Positions 1-10,701 of a DNA stretch of 32,000 nt are shown here, piece by piece; the stretch's first letter is position 1, and each line of letters starts with the position of its first letter. Made by a program: the position numbers and the translations under genes. A model generated the notes under the pieces. It did no database searches. It was not told where the DNA came from and saw nothing but the letters and a program-made list of their open reading frames with translations. The DNA is from Longivirga aurantiaca (lineage in GTDB: Bacteria; Actinomycetota; Actinomycetes; S36-B12; CAIYMF01): positions 1,149,876-1,181,875 of the forward strand of contig NZ_JBHSTI010000008.1 in the NCBI RefSeq assembly GCF_042660085.1, given 5' to 3'.

Positions 1-10
1 ACCCGGGTAA
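1..10 (+). repeat. 3' end of one copy of the interspersed 50-nt core repeat, truncated by the window edge
   Basis: The sequence acccgggtaa is identical to the last 10 nt of the cores ending at 13550, 19690 and 19752. It lies in the same orientation and is intergenic, just upstream of recQ. Confidence 0.45.
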
Positions 11-71
11 GGGGTGTCCGGGGCTGGGAGCGGCGGCGGTCAGCGTCCGCGGCGGCGGTTAGGGTCGTCGC

Positions 72-1907
<1,836 letters not shown>

Positions 1908-1918
1908 CCCGACGGTTA

Positions 1919-2314
1919 TCAGCGGGCCTCGGGGTCGTCCTGGTGGATGCCGAACGTGTTGCCCTCGGTGTCGAGGTAGTACCCCTGCCAGGCCATGCCG
2001 GTGAGCGCCGTCTTCGGCATCGCGACCCGGCCGCCTGCCGCGAGGATGCGTGTCTCGGTGTCGTCGTAGTCCTCGACGCCCATCGTGCAGACGAACGCGT
2101 TGGCACCCTGCCCCTCCCCGGGGGCCGTGGCGGGCCGCTGGAGCAGGCCCCCGTCGATGCCGGGCTCGCCCTCCGGACCGGTGATGACGCCCCAGTACGG
2201 CGTGCCGGCGAACCGCCCGTAGTCCTGGAACTCCCACCCGAAGGCGGCGGCGTAGAACGCCTTTGCGCGCTCGACGTCGTCGGCGTGGATCTCGAAGTGA
2301 ACGACTCTCGACAT
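1919..2314 (-). CDS. VOC/glyoxalase-bleomycin resistance family protein
   Basis: I take the internal ATG at 2314 (MSRVVHFEIHADDVERAKAFYAAAFGWEF...) as the start; it is preceded by GAGGAGGGG. The N-terminal beta-alpha-beta-beta-beta motif is typical of VOC proteins. The upstream part of the 161-aa ORF looks non-coding. Confidence 0.8.
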   Translation of the reverse strand: MSRVVHFEIHADDVERAKAFYAAAFGWEFQDYGRFAGTPYWGVITGPEGEPGIDGGLLQRPATAPGEGQGANAFVCTMGVEDYDDTETRILAAGGRVAMPKTALTGMAWQGYYLDTEGNTFGIHQDDPEAR

Positions 2315-2397
2315 GGCCCCTCCTCGGTGCCGTCCGACGCCCCGATCCTCGCACTCGGACAGGCGCTGTCGCCCCTCGGTCGCGAGCGCGCGACAGC

Positions 2398-2433
2398 CCC
2401 GCACCGGTCACGCCTCCGGCGAGCCGGTGCGGG
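2398..2433 (-). terminator. GC-rich stem-loop downstream of the DUF4242 gene
   Basis: cccgcaccgg (2398-2407) is the exact reverse complement of ccggtgcggg (2424-2433), giving a 10-bp stem with a 16-nt loop. It sits about 20 nt past the stop at 2453. There is no U-tract. Confidence 0.35.
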
Positions 2434-2452
2434 CCCTCGGTGGTGCCGCGGG

Positions 2453-2701
2453 TCAGGCCTCGACGGGGACGGGGAAGACCTGGTCGGCGCGGTGGCCGGC
2501 GCGCTCGTGGATGCGCTGCACCGCCGCGGCGTCCGGCGCCTCGGAGATGCACCAGACCATGCCCGACTCGGGGTCGGCCCAGGCGTGCTCGAAGCTCACA
2601 CCCTCCTCGCTCTGGATCGCGAGGTCGGCGTTGTGCGCCTCGAGCAGGCCCTCCGGCGTGATCCCGTGCATCCCGGTGTGGACGTCCATGAACTTCGGCA
2701 T
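2453..2701 (-). CDS. DUF4242 (SCO4226-like) small protein
   Basis: 82-aa ORF (MPKFMDVHTGMHGITPEGLLEAHNADL...SFEHAWADPESGMVWCISEAPDAAAVQRIHERAGH) that matches my recollection of the DUF4242 family pattern. The RBS ggaggccgcg lies just before the ATG. Confidence 0.8.
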   Translation of the reverse strand: MPKFMDVHTGMHGITPEGLLEAHNADLAIQSEEGVSFEHAWADPESGMVWCISEAPDAAAVQRIHERAGHRADQVFPVPVEA

Positions 2702-2762
2702 CGCGGCCTCCTGGTGGACTGCCCCCTCCGCGCCCTGACGGTCCTCTGGCAGGCCCGACCCG

Positions 2763-3044
2763 TCAAGCCTTCTCCAGCAGGGGCCTCAGGGGGGCAGCGG
2801 CGTCGGCGAGCCGGTCGGTGCCGGTCGGCTTGCGGCTGCCCATGAGCGCCTCGATGTCGTCGGCCACGTCCCGCACGTTGACGTTCATGCCGGCGAGCAC
2901 CACGCCCTGCGCGGTCCAGAAGGCGAGGAGCTCCGGCTTCTCGACGTCGCCCCCGGCATAGCTGTCGGGGTCGGACGTGCGCACGTCGACGCCGTTCTTC
3001 ACGTGCAGGTCGGCGAGCACCTGCGCGACCTCGGGGCCGAGCAC
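2763..3044 (-). pseudogene. Remnant of a ferredoxin-reductase-type FAD-dependent pyridine nucleotide-disulfide oxidoreductase, mainly the C-terminal dimerisation domain
   Basis: The ORF is only 93 aa. The C-terminal ~55 aa (ELLAFWTAQGVVLAGMNVNVRDVADDIEALM...) resemble the Reductase_C end of ~400-aa actinobacterial ferredoxin reductases. The N-terminal LGPEVAQVLADLHVKNGVDVR resembles the NAD-domain segment. The intervening regions and the whole FAD-binding N-terminus are absent, and the permease stop lies only 26 nt upstream. Confidence 0.45.
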
Positions 3045-3069
3045 TCCGACGAGGGAGACGGGTCGGGGG

Positions 3070-4695
3070 TCAGGACCGCGGCTCCCACCGGAAGGTGCGC
3101 CACGCGACCGCCGCGGCCGCGAGGCCCCACAGCGCGATGACGCCCAGGTGCCCCCACCACGCCGTGCCGAGCCCCTGCCCGGAGCTGGCCGCCACGGTGA
3201 GAGCCGCCATGTGCCGCAGCGGGAACGTCCAGCCGATCGCCGACATGACCGTGGGCAGGCCCGGCGAGTTCACGAAGATGTCCGAGACCATCGACAGCGG
3301 GAGCAGCGTCACGAGGGCGACGGCCGTCACGCTCTCCGGCGACTCGATGAGGCTGGCCAGCAGGAGGCCCAGGGCGGTGAGGCAGGCGATGACCGCCGCG
3401 AACGCGAACGCGGTCACCACCACCGCAGCCGGACCCACCCGAACGCCGAAGAGGACCGCGCCGACGGCGAAGACCGCCACGACGGTCGCCGCACCGAGGA
3501 GCGCCGCCGCGCCGATGCGACCCGCGAGGTACGCGCTGGACGGGAGCGGGGTGCCGCGAAGTCGCTTGAGCACGAGTCGGGATCGGTCGTCGGCAAGCGT
3601 CGAGGGCAGGGAGACATAGGCCATCACGGCGACGCCGTACACGGCGAGCGCGGGGGCGAGGTACTGCGGCAGCGGCAGCCCGCCCCAGGTGGCCTCGCGC
3701 CCGTAGACCGCGGAGAAGAAGACCAGCAGCAGGACCGGGAAGACGATGGCGAAGAAGACCGCCAGCGGGTCGCGCAGCAGCTTCACCGCGGTGAACCGCG
3801 TCTGCCCCCAGGCGAGACGCCACCACGACGGCGCGCCGACGTCGGTAGCGGGCCCGAGCGTCACGGGGACGGGGACGGGGGCGGGCGCGGAGCGCGTGGG
3901 GACGGCGCCCGTGCTGATCGCGCCGCGGCGGGACCGGTGCTCCCGGGACGGGTGCGGCTCCCAGGTGAAGAACCGGAGCGCCACGAGCGCACCGGCCGTG
4001 CCCCACGCGAGCATGACCGCGAGGTGGCCCCACGCAGGGCCGTTGTCGGCCAGGAACGGGTTGAAGCCGTCCGCCACCGCGTTCACGAAGTGCTTGAGCG
4101 GGAAGAACCAGCCGACCTGGGCGAGCCACTGCGGCAGCTGCACCACGAACACGTCGGAGATGAACGCCAGCAGGATCAGGCAGCCGTTGGCCAGCGCCTG
4201 GGTCGCGGCAGGGGTCGGCGCGATCGACACGAGCGCGAGACCCAGCGCGGCGAAGCACGCCACACCGACCACGAAGGTCAGCACGACGGCCGGCAGCGTG
4301 CGCCAGACGATGTCCACGTCGTACGCCACGACTCCCACCACGGTGACGACGGCGAAGGCGAGCAGCGACACGTACACCGCCGAGGCCACGCGGCCGGCGA
4401 GGTGCACCCAGGGAGGGAGCGGGGTCGAGCGCAGCCGCTTGAGGACACCGGCCTCGCGTGCGTAGGCGACGCCGAGCGCCAGCGAGACGAAGGCAGCCAT
4501 GCAGGCGCCGAACACGGCGAACACCGGGACGAGGAACTGCGCGAAGCGCACGCCGGACCTGTCGCTGATCGTGGCGTTTCCGGCGATGGCGCAGACCACC
4601 ACGACGAACGACACCGGGAACACGAGCGTGAAGAACGCGGCGACCGGCGTGCGCCAGAAGCTCCTGGTGGCGTATCGGAACTGGCTGCGGAGCAT
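3070..4695 (-). CDS. ABC-2 type transporter permease, a tandem fusion of two ABC-2 membrane domains
   Basis: I take the ATG at 4695 as the start (MLRSQFRYATRSFWRTPVAAFFTLVFPV...). An alternative GTG at 4767 overlaps the ATPase stop in the string GTGACTGA. The second half restarts with the same signature (WGQTRFTAVKLLRDPLAVFFAIVFPV...) after a Pro/Arg-rich linker. About 12 hydrophobic segments are visible. Confidence 0.85.
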   Translation of the reverse strand: MLRSQFRYATRSFWRTPVAAFFTLVFPVSFVVVVCAIAGNATISDRSGVRFAQFLVPVFAVFGACMAAFVSLALGVAYAREAGVLKRLRSTPLPPWVHLAGRVASAVYVSLLAFAVVTVVGVVAYDVDIVWRTLPAVVLTFVVGVACFAALGLALVSIAPTPAATQALANGCLILLAFISDVFVVQLPQWLAQVGWFFPLKHFVNAVADGFNPFLADNGPAWGHLAVMLAWGTAGALVALRFFTWEPHPSREHRSRRGAISTGAVPTRSAPAPVPVPVTLGPATDVGAPSWWRLAWGQTRFTAVKLLRDPLAVFFAIVFPVLLLVFFSAVYGREATWGGLPLPQYLAPALAVYGVAVMAYVSLPSTLADDRSRLVLKRLRGTPLPSSAYLAGRIGAAALLGAATVVAVFAVGAVLFGVRVGPAAVVVTAFAFAAVIACLTALGLLLASLIESPESVTAVALVTLLPLSMVSDIFVNSPGLPTVMSAIGWTFPLRHMAALTVAASSGQGLGTAWWGHLGVIALWGLAAAAVAWRTFRWEPRS

Positions 4696-4759
4696 GCTCC
4701 ACGTCGTCGGTTCCCCGCCGGCGCCGGAGGTCGCCGGCCGAAGCGTCGTCCGCGCGGTG

Positions 4760-5668
4760 TCAGTCACCGCCCTCGCCGCCCGTGAGCCGCAGGTAGACGT
4801 CCTCGAGGGTCGGCTGGGACAGCGTGAGGTCGGCCAGCTCGAGGTCGAGCCCCGTGGCCCAGGCACCGAGGGCGGCCATGTCGCCGGTGGGCCGCGAGGT
4901 CGCGACGGTGACCTGCGAGGCCGTCACCTCGGGTCGACCGCTGAGGGTGGGCAGGTCGTCCGGGCCCATACCCTCCGGCAGCCGGAACGACAGGACGGCG
5001 CTGCGGTCCGCGCCGGCGAGATCGGCCGGCGACCCCTCCGCGACGACGGTGCCCGCCACCAGCACCACCACGCGATCGGCCAGCCTCTCGGCCTCCTCCA
5101 TGTAGTGCGTGGTGAGCAGGATCGTCGTCCCGAGGTCGCGGAGCGAGGCGATGAGGTCCCAGGCGCGGTGCCGGGCGGCGGGGTCGAACCCCGTGGTCGG
5201 CTCGTCGAGGAACAGCAGGTCGGGGCTGCCGACCAGGCCCAGCGCGAGGTCGAGGCGGCGCTTCTCGCCGCCCGAGAGCGTCTTGGTCCGCGCATCCCTG
5301 CGTTCGGTCAGCCCCACGAGCCCGATCAGCTCCTCGACGTCCAGGCGGCGGGGGTAGAGACCGGCGTACATCTCGACGAGCTCGGCGACGCGGAACTCCT
5401 CGTCGAAGCCGGCCTCCTGCAGCACGACGCCGATCCGCTCCCGGAACGCACGTCCACCGGTCGCCGGGTCGTAGCCGAGCACCTCGACGGAGCCGGCCGT
5501 GCGCTCGCGGTGACCTTCGAGGATCTCGACCGTGGTCGACTTGCCGGCGCCGTTGGGCCCGAGGAGTGCGAACACCTCGCCCTCGGCGACGGAGAAGCTC
5601 ACATCGGCCACCGCCCGCACGGGTCCGTAGTCCCGTCGGAGCGATCGCACGACGATGACGTCGCTCAC
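4760..5668 (-). CDS. ABC transporter ATP-binding protein (DrrA/daunorubicin-resistance-like)
   Basis: Walker A (GPNGAGKST), ABC signature (LSGGEKRRL) and Walker B (LLFLDEPTTGFD) are all present. The gene sits immediately upstream of the ABC-2 permease. Confidence 0.93.
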   Translation of the reverse strand: MSDVIVVRSLRRDYGPVRAVADVSFSVAEGEVFALLGPNGAGKSTTVEILEGHRERTAGSVEVLGYDPATGGRAFRERIGVVLQEAGFDEEFRVAELVEMYAGLYPRRLDVEELIGLVGLTERRDARTKTLSGGEKRRLDLALGLVGSPDLLFLDEPTTGFDPAARHRAWDLIASLRDLGTTILLTTHYMEEAERLADRVVVLVAGTVVAEGSPADLAGADRSAVLSFRLPEGMGPDDLPTLSGRPEVTASQVTVATSRPTGDMAALGAWATGLDLELADLTLSQPTLEDVYLRLTGGEGGD

Positions 5669-5889
5669 CTGCCCAGGTTACGACCGTCGATGGACCGCAC
5701 GCGTGCTGGAGGCAGCCCTCGGGGCTCGCGCTGCATCGGGCGCTGCGCCGGAGCACGATGGCAGATGAGCGGACCGCGCCTGCGTGCCCCCGTGCCGCAC
5801 GCCGCCCTCTCCGCTCGTCGCCGCACGCGGCGGCTGCCCCGGGCCTCCGGGCGCGATGCCTGCCCGTGCCGAGGCCGGAGGTGCAGGTC

Positions 5890-6894
5890 ATGACCGAGGA
5901 ACGCCAGGTCACACCGATCAGCGGCTGGGTGGTGCTGCCGGTCGCCGTCGTGCTCTACGTCGCCACGCCCCTGCTGGTGTGGTGGTCGTTCGTGGCCGGG
6001 GACGTCACGGCCGAGGGCGGCGCACCGGTCTGGCCGATGTTCGTCGCCGGCCTTGCCTGCCTCCTGCTGGCGATCGTCACGACCGTGGGCTTCTACACGC
6101 TCCAGCCCAACGAGGCACGTGTCCTGATCCTGTTCGGCAGCTACCGGGGCACCGTGCGAGCTCCCGGGTTCGCGTGGGGCAACCCGTTCTACGCCAACGG
6201 TTCCAGCGGCAAGCAGGCTGCGTCGGCGGCACCGCTGCGCAAGGGCAAGGGTGACACCGAGGCGGCGCAGCTGCCGAGCCCGCCGCGGCGCTACAAGGTC
6301 TCGCTGCGCGCGCGCACCCTCAACGGCGACCGGCTCAAGGTGAACGACCGCCGCGGCAACCCCGTCGAGATCGCGGCGGTCGTCGTCTGGCGGGTGCAGG
6401 ACACGGCCAAGGCCGTCTTCGACGTCGACGACGTCGACACCTACGTGGCGACGCAGAGCGAGACGTCGGTACGGCACCTCGCCACCCGCTACCCGTACGA
6501 CACGGGGGAGTCGAGCGGTGACGGGGAGGACGAGGTGACCCTCCGGGGCAACGTCGACGAGGTCTCCGACGCCCTGCGGGTGGAGCTGCAGGAGCGGCTC
6601 GCGCCCGCCGGCGTGCAGGTCGACCAGGCGCGCCTCACGCACCTCGCCTACGCGCCCGAGATCGCCCAGGCCATGCTGCGCCGCCAGCAGGCCGAGGCCG
6701 TGATCGCGGCCCGGCGCAAGATCGTCACGGGGGCGGTGAGCATGGTGGAGATGGCCCTCGCCGACCTCGCCGACAGGGGCGTCGTGGACCTCGACGCGGA
6801 GCACCGGGCCTCGATGGTCGGCAACCTGATGGTCGTCCTCTGCGGTGAGAGCCAGGTGACCCCCGTCCTGAGCGCCGGGACGTCGATGGCCTGA
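5890..6894 (+). CDS. SPFH/band-7 domain membrane protein
   Basis: I take the ATG at 5890, preceded by GGAGG at 5877-5881. Two N-terminal TM segments are followed by an SPFH-like core (LQPNEARVLILFG...GNPVEIAAVVVWRVQDTAKAVFDVDD...LAYAPEIAQAMLRRQQAEA). The upstream part of the 378-aa ORF looks non-coding. Confidence 0.85.
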   Translation: MTEERQVTPISGWVVLPVAVVLYVATPLLVWWSFVAGDVTAEGGAPVWPMFVAGLACLLLAIVTTVGFYTLQPNEARVLILFGSYRGTVRAPGFAWGNPFYANGSSGKQAASAAPLRKGKGDTEAAQLPSPPRRYKVSLRARTLNGDRLKVNDRRGNPVEIAAVVVWRVQDTAKAVFDVDDVDTYVATQSETSVRHLATRYPYDTGESSGDGEDEVTLRGNVDEVSDALRVELQERLAPAGVQVDQARLTHLAYAPEIAQAMLRRQQAEAVIAARRKIVTGAVSMVEMALADLADRGVVDLDAEHRASMVGNLMVVLCGESQVTPVLSAGTSMA

Positions 6895-7047
6895 CGGACC
6901 CGGTCGGCGCCGAGATGCCTCGGGAGCCCCGACGGGAGCAGGATGGGAGCGGCGAGCGGGCTCCCGCTCCCGCGCTCCGGGCAGGTCCGGGGCGCCTCGG
7001 GCGGGCCGAAGCTCCTACCACCGCAGCCGTGGTACTCGGGAGGGGCC

Positions 7048-7377
7048 ATGTCCAACGAGATGCAGCACGAACCCCAGATCCGTGGATACGAGGCACCGGC
7101 GCTCGACCGGCCGACGGCCGAGACCCGCGCACGCGTCGCCGCGCGACGCAGGCTCGAGGAGAAGCGCAAGTTCAGCGGCCACCTGGCGACGTACGTCGTG
7201 GTCAACGCCTTCCTCGTGGGCATCTGGTACTGGAACGGGGCCGGGTCCTTCTGGCCGGGATGGGTCATGGCCGGCTGGGGGATCGGCCTGGTGCTCAACT
7301 TCTGGGAGGTCTACCTGAGGCGTCCGATCACCGAGGCGGACATCGAGGCGGAGATGCGCCGCTCGAGCGGTGGCTGA
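7048..7377 (+). CDS. 2TM domain-containing small membrane protein
   Basis: I take the ATG at 7048, after gggagggg. It has a basic RRRLEEKRKF stretch followed by two TM helices (HLATYVVVNAFLVGIWYW / WPGWVMAGWGIGLVLNFW), as in the 2TM family. Confidence 0.75.
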   Translation: MSNEMQHEPQIRGYEAPALDRPTAETRARVAARRRLEEKRKFSGHLATYVVVNAFLVGIWYWNGAGSFWPGWVMAGWGIGLVLNFWEVYLRRPITEADIEAEMRRSSGG

Positions 7378-7480
7378 GGGCAGGCCCCGTCCGCGCCGTC
7401 GAGCCGGGCCCTCGTCGGCACCGCCGGTCCTCGTTCCGCACCGGCGGCAGACACCTGGCCCTTCGTGAGGAGGTAGCACG

Positions 7481-7921
7481 ATGACGACGATCGAGAAGTA
7501 CGAGCGTCCGACGTTCCAGGACGTGCTGTGGTCGACCTGGCCGTTCAGCTCGCTGGCGCTGGAGTTCCCCGTCCGCGACATGGCGTCGATGCGGATCGAG
7601 GAGTTCATGGACGGCGACACGCTCGTCGTGCGCGCCGAGCTCCCTGGCATCGACCCGGCCAAGGACGTCGAGATCACGGTGGCCGACGGCTTCATGACCA
7701 TCGCGGCCGAGCGCACCCAGGAGAAGACCGAGGGCGAGGAGGGGAAGCCCGGCTACCGGTCGGAGTTCTCCTACGGGTCCTACCGCAGGGTCGTCCGGAT
7801 GCCGGCGGGCGTGCGCGAGGACGACGTGACGGCGACGTACCACGACGGGATCCTCGAGGTCCGCGTGCCGGTGGCCAGTGAGCCGCCGACACCCGGGAAG
7901 GTCCCGGTGACGCGCGTCTAG
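7481..7921 (+). CDS. hsp20: Hsp20/alpha-crystallin family small heat-shock protein
   Basis: The RBS GAGGAGG lies 7 nt upstream of the ATG. The alpha-crystallin domain reads LVVRAELPGIDPAKDVEITVADGFMTIAAER...FSYGSYRRVVRMPAGVREDDVTATYHDGILEVRVP. Confidence 0.92.
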   Translation: MTTIEKYERPTFQDVLWSTWPFSSLALEFPVRDMASMRIEEFMDGDTLVVRAELPGIDPAKDVEITVADGFMTIAAERTQEKTEGEEGKPGYRSEFSYGSYRRVVRMPAGVREDDVTATYHDGILEVRVPVASEPPTPGKVPVTRV

Positions 7922-7930
7922 CGCCCACGA

Positions 7931-7962
7931 GGTCGGGGCCGGCACCACGTCCGGCCCCGACC
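7931..7962 (+). terminator. Perfect 12-bp GC stem-loop after hsp20
   Basis: ggtcggggccgg (7931-7942) is the reverse complement of ccggccccgacc (7951-7962), with an 8-nt loop. It starts 10 nt past the hsp20 stop. There is no U-tract, which is common in high-GC actinobacteria. Confidence 0.5.
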
Positions 7963-8029
7963 CCTCGCGCCGGGGCAGGCGTTGACCCCGGTGAGCAGGC
8001 ACGACGGGCACCGGGGAGGTGCGGACCAC

Positions 8030-10672
8030 GTGGGCGGCTCCCACCCACCGAGCGACGGCCTGCCGGCCGTCGCGATCCTCCCCGTGGACGTCGACCCCGC
8101 CGGGCTGACGTCGCTCGAAGCGGCTCGCCGCCTCGAGGAGGCCGGCCGCAACGAGATCGAGCAGCGGGGCCGCGTCACCGTCTGGGCCGGGGTCGGGCAG
8201 CAGCTGCGCGACCCGCTGATCGTCGTGCTGCTGGCGGCCTGCCTCCTCACGATCGTCACCGGCGACCTGACCGACGCCGCCGTCATCGCGCTCGTCGTGG
8301 TGGCCAACACCGTCATCGGCGTGTGGCAGGAGATCAAGGCCGACAAAGCAGTCACGGCGCTGGCGGCGCTCACGTCGCCGTCGGTCCGCGTTCGCCGGGA
8401 CGGATCAGAGACGTCGGTGCCGTCGCCCGAGCTCGTCTGCGGCGACGTGGTGCTCCTGGGCGAGGGCGACATCGTGCCGGCCGACGCCCTGCTGCTCGAG
8501 GCGTCGTCGCTCCTGGTCGACGAGTCGAGCCTCACGGGGGAGTCGGTCGCGGTCGGCAAGCGTGCGCCGCACGGCGAGCACCCGGGCGAGGAGCTGTCGT
8601 CGGGCACCGTCGTCGTGAAGGGTCGTGCGGTCGCCGCCGTCACCGCCACCGGTGCCTCCAGCGCGCTGGGGCGGATCGCCGCGCTCATGGACACGAGCGC
8701 CCACGCCACGCCGCTGCAGATCCGGCTGGCCTCGCTCGGTCGCGTGCTCGCGCTGGTGGTGGTGGCGCTGAGCCTGGTCGTGATGCTGCTCGGGCTCGCC
8801 CGCGGCGAGCCGCTGGAGGTCATGCTGCTGACCGCCGTCAGCCTCGCCGTCGCCGCGGTGCCGGAGTCGCTGCCCGCCGTGGTCACCGTGGCGCTGGCGC
8901 TCGGTGCCCGCCGCATGGCCGAGTCGAACGCGATCGTGCGCAGGCTCTCCGCCGTCGAGACGCTCGGGTCGGTGAGCGTCCTCGCCACCGACAAGACGGG
9001 GACGCTGACGCAGGCCCAGATGCTCGTCGAGGAGATCTGGACCCCGCACCGCCGAGTCGGGGTCTCCGGCAACGGCTATGAGCCCGAGGGCGAGCTCGTC
9101 GAGGCCGGCGCGCGGCTGGCGACGTCCGGTGCAGCGGACGTCGTCGAGCTGCTGCGGGCCGCCGTGCTCTGCAACGACGCCACGCTCGTCCCGCCCGACG
9201 GTCCGGACGGCACGTGGTCCGGGCTCGGCGATCCGACCGAGTGCGCGCTGCTCGCGGCCGCCGGCAAGGCCGGGCTCACCCGCGAGTCCCTCGAGCGCCT
9301 GCACCCCCGGGTTGCCGAGGTGCCGTTCGACAGCGCGCGCCAGCGGATGTCGACGGTGCACGCGCTCGATCCCGACCACCCCGAGCAGCTCCTCGTGGTC
9401 ACCAAGGGGTCCGTGGAGGCCCTGCACGCCGTGCACGGCCCCGGGGCGCACCCGGTCGTGTGGCACGAGGCGCTCACCGCCGCGGCCGAGCTCTCGGCGT
9501 CGGGCTTCCGGGTGCTCGCGCTCGCCGCGGGGACCTGCCACGACGGCCGGTGGGAGCACGCCGAGCAACGGCTCCTCGGCCTCGTGGCCATGAACGACCC
9601 GGCGAAGCCGGCAGCCAGGGCGACGCTCGAGGCGTGCCGCGCCGCAGGCATCACGCCCGTCCTCATCACCGGGGACCACAGGGAGACCGCCAACGCCGTC
9701 GCCCTCGACGTCGGAGTGCTCGACGCAGGCGCCGATTCGGGCGGCCTCGTCGTCGTGACCGGTCCGCAGATCCTCGCCGGCGAGGTGCCCGACCTGACCG
9801 TGCCGCGCGTCTTCGCCCGGACGTCGCCGGAGCAGAAGCTCGACATCGTCCAGGCGTGGAAGGATCGCGGCGCCGTGGTCGCGATGACGGGGGACGGCGT
9901 CAACGACGGCCCTGCCCTGCGGCGCGCGGACATCGGCGTCGCGATGGGCCACCGCGGCACCGAGGTAGCGCGGCAGGCCTCGGACCTCGTGCTCGCCGAC
10001 GACGAGCTCGGCACGGTGGTGACGGCGGTTCACGAGGGACGGCGGGTCTACGACAACATCCGCCTCTTCCTCGTCTTCGGCCTCGCGGGCGGCGCCGCCG
10101 AGATCCTCGTCATGCTCCTCGGCCCGTTCTGCGGCCTGACGGTGCCGCTGCTCGCGGCGCAGATCCTCTGGATCAACCTCCTGACTCACGGCTCGACCGG
10201 CGTCGCCCTCGGCAGCGAACCCGCAGCGCCGGGGACCATGCGGCGAGGTCCGCGGCCCCCGGAGCAGAGCGTGCTCGGCGACGGGCTGTGGCAGCGCGTC
10301 CTCGAGATCGCGGTGGTGATCGGCACGGTCACGCTCGGCCTCGGGCTCTGGGCGGAGGGCACCGGCCGCGAGTGGCAGAGCATGGTGTTCCTCGCCCTGG
10401 TGAGCCTGCAGCTCGGCGTCGCGGTCGGCCTGCGTCCGCGCCAGCTCACGACGAGCAACCTGATGCTGCCCGTGACGGTCGCGCTATCGGCGGTGCTCGC
10501 GCTCGCGGGCGTCTACCTGCCGGTGCTGGCCGACATCCTCGGCACCGTCCCCCTGCCGCCCGCCGATGCCGCGCTGGCGGTGTCGACCGCGGTGATCGGC
10601 TGGCTCGCCAGCCGGGTCACCGGCTGGGTCCAGGTACGTCGCCGTGGCCCGACTCATCAGCAGCAGCCCTGA
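8030..10672 (+). CDS. Cation-transporting P-type ATPase (P2/Ca2+-Mg2+-type, HAD superfamily)
   Basis: It has TGES (SLTGESVAV), a PESLP motif in TM4, the phosphorylation site DKTGTLT, and the hinge MTGDGVNDGPAL. I chose the GTG at 8030 as the start because GGGGAGG lies 10 nt upstream. The ORF opens at a TTG at 7982, which remains an alternative. Confidence 0.9.
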   Translation: MGGSHPPSDGLPAVAILPVDVDPAGLTSLEAARRLEEAGRNEIEQRGRVTVWAGVGQQLRDPLIVVLLAACLLTIVTGDLTDAAVIALVVVANTVIGVWQEIKADKAVTALAALTSPSVRVRRDGSETSVPSPELVCGDVVLLGEGDIVPADALLLEASSLLVDESSLTGESVAVGKRAPHGEHPGEELSSGTVVVKGRAVAAVTATGASSALGRIAALMDTSAHATPLQIRLASLGRVLALVVVALSLVVMLLGLARGEPLEVMLLTAVSLAVAAVPESLPAVVTVALALGARRMAESNAIVRRLSAVETLGSVSVLATDKTGTLTQAQMLVEEIWTPHRRVGVSGNGYEPEGELVEAGARLATSGAADVVELLRAAVLCNDATLVPPDGPDGTWSGLGDPTECALLAAAGKAGLTRESLERLHPRVAEVPFDSARQRMSTVHALDPDHPEQLLVVTKGSVEALHAVHGPGAHPVVWHEALTAAAELSASGFRVLALAAGTCHDGRWEHAEQRLLGLVAMNDPAKPAARATLEACRAAGITPVLITGDHRETANAVALDVGVLDAGADSGGLVVVTGPQILAGEVPDLTVPRVFARTSPEQKLDIVQAWKDRGAVVAMTGDGVNDGPALRRADIGVAMGHRGTEVARQASDLVLADDELGTVVTAVHEGRRVYDNIRLFLVFGLAGGAAEILVMLLGPFCGLTVPLLAAQILWINLLTHGSTGVALGSEPAAPGTMRRGPRPPEQSVLGDGLWQRVLEIAVVIGTVTLGLGLWAEGTGREWQSMVFLALVSLQLGVAVGLRPRQLTTSNLMLPVTVALSAVLALAGVYLPVLADILGTVPLPPADAALAVSTAVIGWLASRVTGWVQVRRRGPTHQQQP

Positions 10673-10701
10673 TCCGGCTGGACGGCCGCCCGGCGCTCCG
10701 G

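Noticed and set aside
2977-4785. A 602-aa + strand ORF and a 567-aa - strand ORF overlap the ABC-2 permease gene.
   Set aside because: Their translations are Arg/Gly/Asp/His-rich low-complexity sequence, typical of out-of-frame or antisense reading of high-GC coding DNA. The permease frame gives a coherent polytopic membrane protein.
7421-7447. The hairpin in the hsp20 leader could be an RNA thermometer.
   Set aside because: Only 4 nt (CCUC) are complementary to the RBS, and they sit in the loop rather than in a stem that sequesters the RBS. It does not resemble ROSE or fourU elements. I mention it only as a low-priority note within the stress-cluster finding.
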